Shown here: positions 57,084 to 64,000 of the stretch, one piece after another
Numbering within the stretch: position 1 is the first letter of the stretch
How the letters are laid out: every line of letters starts with the position of its first letter
Assembly (NCBI GenBank): GCA_964612105.1
Contig: CAZTEU010000001.1
Location: 4,047 to 68,046, forward strand
From: an uncultured Gammaproteobacteria bacterium
GTDB lineage: Bacteria; Patescibacteriota; Patescibacteriia; Magasanikbacterales; UBA922
DNA length: 64,000 nucleotides
Direction: 5' to 3'
Position numbers and translations under genes: made by a program
Notes under the pieces: generated by a model
What the model was told of the DNA's origin: nothing
Database searches by the model: none
Seen by the model: the letters and a program-made list of their open reading frames with translations, nothing else

Positions 57084-57353
57084 ATGCCAATACTTCCAGA
57101 AGATCCAAAAGATAGGAAATATGCAATACTTGGAATAAAGATAGCAGGGGATTTTGGTGCAACCTTAGCTGTCCCAATAGTGGTTTTTGTGGTGGTGGCT
57201 CAGTGGCTCGCTCAGAAGTATGGTTTAGGGTTGTGGATAACTATTTTAGCTTTTGTGCTAGCAGCCTCACTTTCTGCTAGTATTATTGTAAGGAAGGCAA
57301 AGATGTACGGAAAACAGTATCAGGATTTAGATACAGATACCAAAGAAAACTAG
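57084..57353 (+). CDS. Small 2-TM protein preceding F0 set 1 (AtpZ/AtpI/AtpR-like accessory subunit)
   Basis: 89 aa, two hydrophobic helices, placed immediately upstream of atpB. Confidence 0.35.
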   Translation: MPILPEDPKDRKYAILGIKIAGDFGATLAVPIVVFVVVAQWLAQKYGLGLWITILAFVLAASLSASIIVRKAKMYGKQYQDLDTDTKEN

Positions 57354-57354
57354 T

Positions 57355-58134
57355 ATGGAGATACATATCCCAACATTAGCTCCTGAGGTTATATTTAATC
57401 TGGGGCCTATTGCCATAACAAATACTTTGATTAATACATGGATAGCAATTATTTTGTTCCTTCTCTTGGCATATGCGCTTAGAGGGAAGATTAAAATGAA
57501 GCCCGGTAAACTACAGAATGCTTGTGAACATGTCCTAGAATTGTTATTTCCTTATTTTGATCAGGTAACAGGTGATAGGAAGAAAACAATTAGGTTTTTA
57601 CCTGTAGTGGGCTCTATCTTCTTTTTTATATTACTGTCTAATTGGTTGGGGTTAATTCCAGGTACAGGCAGTATTAGTGTTGGGCACAACTTCTTACTAC
57701 GACCTGCTAATTCAGATTTAAACCTAACTGTGGCAATGGCACTAGTTGCAGTAATCTCCTCACACCTATTTGGTTTTATTACAATTGGGGTATTTACACA
57801 TGTAGGCAAATTTTTACAATTTGGTGGATTTATTAAAAGTCTTAAAAAAGGGCCGATTGCAATATTTACAGCAATAATAGAATTTGGTGTAGGTATTCTA
57901 GAGATTATTAGTGAGATTGCAAAAATATTATCTTTGTCTCTACGTTTGTTTGGAAATATATTTGCTGGCGAAGTGCTAATTTCTGTAATAGGTGCACTAG
58001 TAGCTTTTCTGGTTCCAACTCCTTTTATGCTTTTAGAGCTACTTGTTGGCTTGATACAAGCATCCGTATTTGCTATGTTAACTTTGGTGTATTTAACGGT
58101 TGCAAGTGAAATGCCCCATGGTTCGCATGATTAA
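57355..58134 (+). CDS. atpB: ATP synthase F0 subunit a, copy 1
   Basis: LSLSLRLFGNIFAGEVL with the conserved Arg. Confidence 0.9.
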   Translation: MEIHIPTLAPEVIFNLGPIAITNTLINTWIAIILFLLLAYALRGKIKMKPGKLQNACEHVLELLFPYFDQVTGDRKKTIRFLPVVGSIFFFILLSNWLGLIPGTGSISVGHNFLLRPANSDLNLTVAMALVAVISSHLFGFITIGVFTHVGKFLQFGGFIKSLKKGPIAIFTAIIEFGVGILEIISEIAKILSLSLRLFGNIFAGEVLISVIGALVAFLVPTPFMLLELLVGLIQASVFAMLTLVYLTVASEMPHGSHD

Positions 58135-58215
58135 TTATTGTATTTATTAAGATTCCATCCGCGAGGTTAAAAATCATTCCCACTCGGCCGGCTCTGGAGT
58201 TATAACAAAAACCGT

Positions 58216-58449
58216 ATGTTTCAAGGACTAGATCACGCATCCGTAGTGGTGCTAGCGAAGGCATTTACTATTGGTATTGGTAGTATAGGGCCTGCCTTTG
58301 CTATTGGAAGACTTGTGGCCAAGGCAATGGAAGCTATTGGTAGAAATCCAGGAGCAGCTGGAAAAGTATTCGTTCCCATGCTTCTTGGGGCTGCTTTTGC
58401 AGAGGCAATTGCAATTTATGCACTTGTTGTTGTGTTTACACTTAAATAA
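58216..58449 (+). CDS. atpE: ATP synthase F0 subunit c, copy 1 (H+-type ion site)
   Basis: Hairpin c-subunit. Ion site AFAEAIAIY with no Ser/Thr after Glu, and no Gln/Glu in helix 1. Confidence 0.85.
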   Translation: MFQGLDHASVVVLAKAFTIGIGSIGPAFAIGRLVAKAMEAIGRNPGAAGKVFVPMLLGAAFAEAIAIYALVVVFTLK

Positions 58450-58452
58450 TTC

Positions 58453-59061
58453 TTGTCGCAAGACACTAAAAGTCTGAATATGGCGACAGAAATACACATT
58501 GATGAACATGTAGCTGAAGATGGAGTAGAGGTTCATACTACAGTGGAATCTCATGGCGCTGCAGCTGATGAAGGTGTTTTAGCATCACTTGGACTAAATG
58601 CCCAGTTGTTTGGTTTTCAGGTGCTCAATTTTGCAATAGTGGTGCTTGTACTATGGTTTTTAATACTAAAACCTCTTGTAAAGCAGATGGAAGAGAGAAA
58701 AACTCTTGTAGATGAGAGTATAGACAATGCAAAAGAGGCAGAAGTTAACCTAGAAATGAGCAAAAAGAAGTATGAAGAGTCCTTAGATAAAGCTAAAACC
58801 GAGGCAAATAAGATTGTAGAAAAAGCTCATGATGATGCAAGACAGCACGCAGAAGGTGTAAAAACGAGAGCTAAGGAAGAGATAGAGCAGTTAATTGACA
58901 AAGCAAAGAATGATATTAGGGATCAAAGGGTACACATGGTCGATGAAATAAAAGAGGAGACTCTAGGCCTTGTTGTAAGGATATCTGAGAAATTCTTAGC
59001 AACAAAGGTAGATAAAGAGTCAGATACTAAGATAATTGAAGAAATTGTAAAGAATATATAA
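58453..59061 (+). CDS. atpF: ATP synthase F0 subunit b, copy 1
   Basis: N-terminal TM helix, then a long charged coiled coil. Confidence 0.8.
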   Translation: MSQDTKSLNMATEIHIDEHVAEDGVEVHTTVESHGAAADEGVLASLGLNAQLFGFQVLNFAIVVLVLWFLILKPLVKQMEERKTLVDESIDNAKEAEVNLEMSKKKYEESLDKAKTEANKIVEKAHDDARQHAEGVKTRAKEEIEQLIDKAKNDIRDQRVHMVDEIKEETLGLVVRISEKFLATKVDKESDTKIIEEIVKNI

Positions 59062-59133
59062 TATAACTAGATTTGAGCTAAGATAAGATACATTTTACCT
59101 GCTACACTTATACACAAAAATTAAAAAAAACAT

Positions 59134-59161
59134 TGACAAAATTGCGCAACTTCTATATAAT
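59134..59161 (+). promoter_or_regulatory. Sigma70-like promoter between F0 set 1 and set 2
   Basis: TTGACA, a 16-nt spacer, TATAAT. Confidence 0.45.
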
Positions 59162-59177
59162 AGTTGCGCTTTTATTT

Positions 59178-59471
59178 ATGACAGATAGTAAATTAGAACA
59201 AAAAAGAGAGGAACTGAGGCATAAGACATTTAAGCTTATGTTGAGGGTCCTTATTATATTTGGAATACCAGCTATTATTGCTTATTTTGCAGGTAATCAT
59301 CTAGATAGTACATACAATATGCGTCCATACGGCTCATTAATAGCAATTATGGTTGCACTAACAATATCGTGGATTATTACTTTTAGGATGTATGTAAAAT
59401 TAAATAGAGAGTTTCGTAGTCTAAGATCAGCTCAGGAGAAAGAAATTGAGGAGGAAGAGAAATCAATATAA
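59178..59471 (+). CDS. Small 2-TM protein preceding F0 set 2 (AtpI/AtpR-like); start taken at the internal ATG downstream of the promoter
   Basis: Two hydrophobic helices. Same position relative to atpB as in set 1. Confidence 0.35.
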   Translation: MTDSKLEQKREELRHKTFKLMLRVLIIFGIPAIIAYFAGNHLDSTYNMRPYGSLIAIMVALTISWIITFRMYVKLNREFRSLRSAQEKEIEEEEKSI

Positions 59472-59473
59472 AT

Positions 59474-60253
59474 ATGTTATTTAGTGTAAAAGCAGAACAA
59501 GCACCCATAAGACCAGAGACAATTTTTAATATCGGATCTCTAGATATAACAAACGCAATGATTTTGGGTGTAATAATAACAATTGGTTTTACATTTTTTT
59601 CCCTGTACATAAGAAAAAGAAGAAAACTTGTACCATCAAAATTTCAGACTATATTAGAAATTACAGTACAAAGCTTTCTCAATTTATTAGAACAGATTGC
59701 TGGATCAAAAAAAGCAGCAAGGACACTTCTTCCACTTGTAGGGACAATATTCTTGTTTTTTGGTGTTTCAAACCTTATAGGATTAATTCCGGGTGTTACA
59801 GCTTTCACATACAATGGAGCACCTTTGCTTAGAACACCTACAAATGATTTCAACATGACATTTAGTATTGCTCTTGCTATGATTATACTTACACAGGTTG
59901 TGAGTATTAAGGAATTTGGACTTTTTGGGCACCTTGGTAAGTTTATTAAAGTGAAAGAAGTTATAGTTGGGTTTAGGCATGGGTTTAAAAGTGGAATAAT
60001 GTCTATTGTAGATTTTGTTCTAGGGTTACTGGATATAATTTCAGAAATTGCAAAAGTGTTCTCACTTTCGCTAAGGCTGTTTGGAAATATGTATGCTGGA
60101 GAAGTGTTGATGGTTGTTCTACTGGGAGCATTTGCAGTTGCTGTGCCAAGTATTTGGTTAGCTATGAACCTACTTGTGGGAGTATTGCAGGCAATGGTAT
60201 TTGGAGCACTTACAGCTGCGTATTATGGACTGGCTGTACAAAAAATGGAGTAA
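59474..60253 (+). CDS. atpB: ATP synthase F0 subunit a, copy 2
   Basis: FSLSLRLFGNMYAGEVL. Confidence 0.85.
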   Translation: MLFSVKAEQAPIRPETIFNIGSLDITNAMILGVIITIGFTFFSLYIRKRRKLVPSKFQTILEITVQSFLNLLEQIAGSKKAARTLLPLVGTIFLFFGVSNLIGLIPGVTAFTYNGAPLLRTPTNDFNMTFSIALAMIILTQVVSIKEFGLFGHLGKFIKVKEVIVGFRHGFKSGIMSIVDFVLGLLDIISEIAKVFSLSLRLFGNMYAGEVLMVVLLGAFAVAVPSIWLAMNLLVGVLQAMVFGALTAAYYGLAVQKME

Positions 60254-60284
60254 ATAAATTTAACTTAATTAATAATATAAATAT

Positions 60285-60500
60285 ATGGAAGTAGAAGCAG
60301 CACACCTTATCGCAAAAGGGCTTTGTACAATTACCATGGGAGGTTCTGGTATTGGTGAGGGATACCTCATAGGAAAGGCTTTAGAAGCTATTGGACGAAA
60401 CCCTAAAGTAGAGGGTAATATATTTCCAAAGATGTTTATTGGAGTTGCATTAGCAGAGTCCACTGCTATTTACGCTCTAGTTGCATTCTTTATTATCTAA
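60285..60500 (+). CDS. atpE: ATP synthase F0 subunit c, copy 2 (Na+-type ion site)
   Basis: GIGEGYLIGKALEAIGRNP...ALAESTAIYALV. The E-S-T...Y signature matches Na+-binding c-subunits (for example I. tartaricus AESTGIYSLV), with Glu in place of the helix-1 Gln. Confidence 0.85.
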   Translation: MEVEAAHLIAKGLCTITMGGSGIGEGYLIGKALEAIGRNPKVEGNIFPKMFIGVALAESTAIYALVAFFII

Positions 60501-60557
60501 AGTAGATTGTGTAGCCCTGGCGCTCAGGGCCACATAGATGTATAGTAGATAATCAAT

Positions 60558-61061
60558 ATGCAGTTTATATTAGAAAACTTAGGAAAAATAGGATTTGAGT
60601 GGAAAATGGCTCTTTTTAACCTTGTAAACTTCCTTATTCTTTTTTGGATACTTAAGAGGTATTTCTTCAAGCCAATTGTTGCTACAATAGACGAAAGACA
60701 GGCAAAGGCTAAAGAGAGTATGGATAATTTCCAAAGAGCCAAGACAGAACTTCAGTTAGCTGAGAAGAGGGCACAAGATATTGTAGATGAGGCAAAAGTC
60801 GAATCGAACAAGATAATTTCCAAATCACATGATGATGGAAAAGAACTTGGTCAGAATTTGCGTTTGCGTGCTAAAGAGGAGATTGAAAAGGTGATTGATC
60901 AGGCTAAACAAAATATAGAGGTAGATAGAAAGAAAATGAGAGAGGAGCTAAAAAAAGAGACTGCTGGACTTGTGGTTTCTGCTGTAGAAAAAGTAATTGA
61001 TACAAAATTAGATAAAAAAAGTGATGAAAAGATTGTAAAAGAAGCAATAGTGCAACTATAA
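60558..61061 (+). CDS. atpF: ATP synthase F0 subunit b, copy 2
   Basis: TM helix plus coiled coil. Confidence 0.75.
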   Translation: MQFILENLGKIGFEWKMALFNLVNFLILFWILKRYFFKPIVATIDERQAKAKESMDNFQRAKTELQLAEKRAQDIVDEAKVESNKIISKSHDDGKELGQNLRLRAKEEIEKVIDQAKQNIEVDRKKMREELKKETAGLVVSAVEKVIDTKLDKKSDEKIVKEAIVQL

Positions 61062-61062
61062 T

Positions 61063-61452
61063 ATGCCAAAGTTAATCCCCCAACAATATGCTAAACTACT
61101 GTATGGACTAACCAAAGGTCTTGAGGGGAAGAAACTGGATAGTGCTGTGAGGGTTTTTGCGGACTACCTTAAAAAGGAACAGTCATTATCTAAAGTGGAT
61201 TACATCTTAAAACACTTTGAATCTTACGCAAAAGAAAAGGAAGGAATAACTCAGATTAGTATTACAGGAGCTAGGAAATTGTCTACTGAATCAGTTGATG
61301 AAATTAAAAAATCGTTTGGAAAGAACGTAGAAACTGTTACCGGCACCGATAAATCGTTAATAGGTGGAGTTATAGTCAGAACAAAAAACACTATTTTAGA
61401 TGGAAGTATAAGAACCCAATTACAAAATCTTAAAAGAAAAATGTCTAAATAA
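61063..61452 (+). CDS. atpH: ATP synthase F1 subunit delta (OSCP), short form
   Basis: Position between b and alpha. 129 aa with the helical OSCP N-domain. Confidence 0.65.
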   Translation: MPKLIPQQYAKLLYGLTKGLEGKKLDSAVRVFADYLKKEQSLSKVDYILKHFESYAKEKEGITQISITGARKLSTESVDEIKKSFGKNVETVTGTDKSLIGGVIVRTKNTILDGSIRTQLQNLKRKMSK

Positions 61453-62948
61453 TGCATATGTCATATACAGATACAGTGATCAGCGCACTTAAAAAGCACA
61501 TAGACGAATTTAAAAGCGACGTGAATATAGAGGAAGTAGGTACAGTCATGGAAGTTAAGGATGGTATTGCAAGAGTAGATGGACTAACAAGTTGTCAATC
61601 GCAAGAAATGCTAGAGTTTCCGGGAGGGACGCACGGAATTGCTCTTAACCTAGAGGAAGAAACAGTTGGTGCTGTTATATTAGGACCTTTTTCACACATT
61701 AAAGAAGGGGACACAGTAAAAAGAACGAAGAAAATCATGTCTGTACCTGTTGGAGACGCTTTAATTGGAAGGGTTGTTAACTCACTTGGACAGGCTATAG
61801 ATGGGGAGGGTGATATAAAAACAAACGAATCCGCACCAATTGAAAAAGTTGCTCCTGGTGTAATGACACGTGAACCTGTTAATCGTCCATTACAGACCGG
61901 TGTTAAAGCAATCGATGCTCTAATTCCAATTGGACGAGGACAACGTGAACTTATTATTGGGGATCGTCAGACAGGAAAAACAGCGATTGCAATAGATACA
62001 ATTCTTAATCAAAAAGGACAAGATGTAATTTGTATATATGTTGCTGTAGGTCAGAAAGAGTCTAAGGTTGCTCGCCTTGTTGCTAAACTAAAAGAGGGTG
62101 GAGCCATGGATTACACGACAGTTGTTGTTGCAGGTGCATCAGAACCAGCCCCTATGAGTTATATTGCTCCATATTCTGGTGTTACAATGGCAGAATACTT
62201 CTCAGGAAAAGGAAAAGATGTATTAATAATTTATGATGATTTAACACGTCAGGCATGGGCATATCGTGAAATGTCATTACTATTACGTCGTCCACCAGGA
62301 CGTGAGGCATATCCAGGTGATGTTTTTTATCTTCACTCTAGACTTTTAGAACGTGCATGTAACCTAAATGAAGAAAATGGTGGTGGTTCTATTACAGCTC
62401 TACCTATTATAGAAACACAGGGTGGTGATATTTCTGCATATATTCCTACAAACGTAATTTCCATTACAGACGGACAAATCTTTCTAGAAACAGACCTATT
62501 CTATCGTGGAATTAGACCAGCGCTAAATGTTGGACTTTCTGTGTCTCGTGTTGGTGGTTCTGCTCAGATTAAGCCAATGAAAAAAGTAGCTGGAAGTATG
62601 AAACTTGCACTAGCTCAGTTTAGAGAATTAGAAGCATTTGCTCAGTTTGCAAGTGATTTGGATGCAGAAACTAAGTCACAGATTGACAGGGGGCGTAGAA
62701 TTACAGAGATGTTAAAACAGCCACAGTACGAACCATTACCTGTAGAACAGCAGGTTGCTTCAATTTTTGCTGTAGATAGGGGCTACTTTGATGATATAGA
62801 TGTTAATGATGTAACAAAGAAAGAGGCTGAGTTTATTTCATTTATGACAAAAAGCAAAGGAAAACTACTAGAGAAAATTTCCTCTGGAGAATGGGATGAG
62901 AAAGTGGAGACAGAACTTAAATCAGCCTGTGAAGAATTCAAGAAATAG
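61452..62948 (+). CDS. atpA: ATP synthase F1 subunit alpha
   Basis: GDRQTGKTA Walker A; full length. Confidence 0.97.
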   Translation: MHMSYTDTVISALKKHIDEFKSDVNIEEVGTVMEVKDGIARVDGLTSCQSQEMLEFPGGTHGIALNLEEETVGAVILGPFSHIKEGDTVKRTKKIMSVPVGDALIGRVVNSLGQAIDGEGDIKTNESAPIEKVAPGVMTREPVNRPLQTGVKAIDALIPIGRGQRELIIGDRQTGKTAIAIDTILNQKGQDVICIYVAVGQKESKVARLVAKLKEGGAMDYTTVVVAGASEPAPMSYIAPYSGVTMAEYFSGKGKDVLIIYDDLTRQAWAYREMSLLLRRPPGREAYPGDVFYLHSRLLERACNLNEENGGGSITALPIIETQGGDISAYIPTNVISITDGQIFLETDLFYRGIRPALNVGLSVSRVGGSAQIKPMKKVAGSMKLALAQFRELEAFAQFASDLDAETKSQIDRGRRITEMLKQPQYEPLPVEQQVASIFAVDRGYFDDIDVNDVTKKEAEFISFMTKSKGKLLEKISSGEWDEKVETELKSACEEFKK

Positions 62949-62960
62949 CCTTTCTTAATT

Positions 62961-63920
62961 ATGGCAGTTAATACAAAAGCAATTAAGAGACGTATAAAAT
63001 CTGTTACAAACACCAAGAAAATTACAAAGGCTATGGAGATGGTGTCAGCAGCAAAAATGCGTAAATCAGTAGACGCAACACTCAATACTAGAGTGTATGC
63101 AATGCTTGGTCGTGAGCTTTTGGAAAAACTATCTGGACTGCACGGAGGCGGAAATGCACCACTTCTAGAGGTGCGCTCTGTACAAAATGTTCTCGTTGTT
63201 GTAATAACATCAAACAGAGGACTTTGTGGGAGTTTTAACACAAATGTTACAAAGAGGGCGCAGAAATTAATATCTGAAATAAAAGATTTTGCTGCGCAGA
63301 CAACTGAAGATGGTGAGACGCTAGAACCCAAAGGAAAAATAAATGTAAAAGTAGTAGGTCTTGGAAAGAAAAGTGTGGGATTTGCAAAAAGAAATGAGCT
63401 AGAGCTTGTTGGTGTTTTTGATGAACTCAGAGAGAAGCCGGACTTTGATGATATCTTACCTATCACAAAAATAATGATGGATGGCTATAAGGAAGGCACA
63501 TACGACAAGGTTTTTGTTGTATATACGGACTATGTTTCAAGTATTGTACAGGAAACTAAAATTAGACAACTATTACCACTAAAAAAGCAACATATTGATG
63601 AGATGATTAAAGAACTCGGTAAAAACGAGGAGGAAAAGGAAATTCTTGATGACTTTCATATTGACACAGCAATATTAGAGCCAAGAATAGACGATATTAT
63701 AAATATTGTTATACCAAGATTGGTTGAGATACAGTTATACCAATCAATATTGGAAAGCGCAGCTAGTGAACACAGTGCTCGTATGCTTGCTATGAAAAGC
63801 GCAAGCGAAGCTGCAGAAGAAATGATAGACTCACTAACACTAACATACAACAAAGGTCGACAAGCAGCAATTACACAGGAAATTGCAGAAATAGCTGGTG
63901 GGGCAGCTGCTCTAGAATAA
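62961..63920 (+). CDS. atpG: ATP synthase F1 subunit gamma
   Basis: N- and C-terminal conserved gamma helices (ITKAMEMVSAAKMRK...AAITQEIAEIAGGAAAL). Confidence 0.9.
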   Translation: MAVNTKAIKRRIKSVTNTKKITKAMEMVSAAKMRKSVDATLNTRVYAMLGRELLEKLSGLHGGGNAPLLEVRSVQNVLVVVITSNRGLCGSFNTNVTKRAQKLISEIKDFAAQTTEDGETLEPKGKINVKVVGLGKKSVGFAKRNELELVGVFDELREKPDFDDILPITKIMMDGYKEGTYDKVFVVYTDYVSSIVQETKIRQLLPLKKQHIDEMIKELGKNEEEKEILDDFHIDTAILEPRIDDIINIVIPRLVEIQLYQSILESAASEHSARMLAMKSASEAAEEMIDSLTLTYNKGRQAAITQEIAEIAGGAAALE

Positions 63921-64000
63921 TTTGGCGCTTGACACCTGGTAAATTTTATCAGATGTTAATCGCTAAAATGTTAAATAATAATGATTATGAATAAAGGAAA

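Noticed and set aside
62783-63466. 227-aa minus-strand ORF across the atpA/atpG junction
   Set aside because: It is antisense to two highly conserved ATP synthase genes.
1-64000. CRISPR arrays, IS elements, integrases or prophage genes
   Set aside because: I scanned for regularly spaced direct repeats, transposase or integrase motifs, and terminal inverted repeats, and found none. The GC-rich islands lack recognisable mobility genes.

Overview
This is a low-GC (about 33-36%), gene-dense bacterial window with short intergenic spacers. It has reduced metabolism and many secreted repeat proteins. I infer, without proof, that it comes from a CPR/Patescibacteria-like lineage. Left to right the window contains the following. 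The 3' end of leuS. A ComEC/Rec2 gene split in-frame by a 327-nt GC-rich structured insert. Secreted proteins with TSP3-like Ca-binding repeats and other repeats. An archaeal-type UMP kinase-like gene, a GT2 gene and a PLD/cardiolipin synthase-like gene. tsaE, glyA, and an Elp3-like radical-SAM/GNAT gene. A small LysW-like zinc-ribbon ORF missing from the ORF track. A Mur-ligase, ATE/Bpt-like and mraY cluster. rpmG, tRNA-Trp and ung, with GC-rich (about 55-60%) islands before rpmG and after ung that encode orphan proteins. A glycosyltransferase/DMT/glycoside-hydrolase operon. tRNA-Val, an amino-acid permease, and metK with a structured leader. A third GC-rich island, then uppP, gpsA and cca. 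A structured tRNA region, then yidC and an SPFH protein. A CIRCE-controlled hrcA, Nudix-GrpE fusion, hsp20, dnaK, an inserted orphan, an HPD-less J-like paralog, and dnaJ. A Wzy_C-like membrane protein, fmt, def, a priA with degenerate helicase motifs, a LigB/Memo-like gene, and a PBP5-like carboxypeptidase with N-terminal repeats. rsmI, metG, cvpA, a Memo-CapA fusion, and tatD. An F-type ATP synthase operon in which the F0 module (small membrane protein, a, c, b) is tandemly duplicated ahead of one delta/alpha/gamma set. The first c-subunit has an H+-type site and the second a Na+-type site (E...ESTxxY). I saw no CRISPR array, IS element or integrase. The main candidates for novelty are the dual-specificity F0 duplication, the GC-rich islands, the structured insert in comEC, and the shared secreted-repeat family. 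All coordinates and calls come from reading the sequence and the ORF track; no database searches were run.
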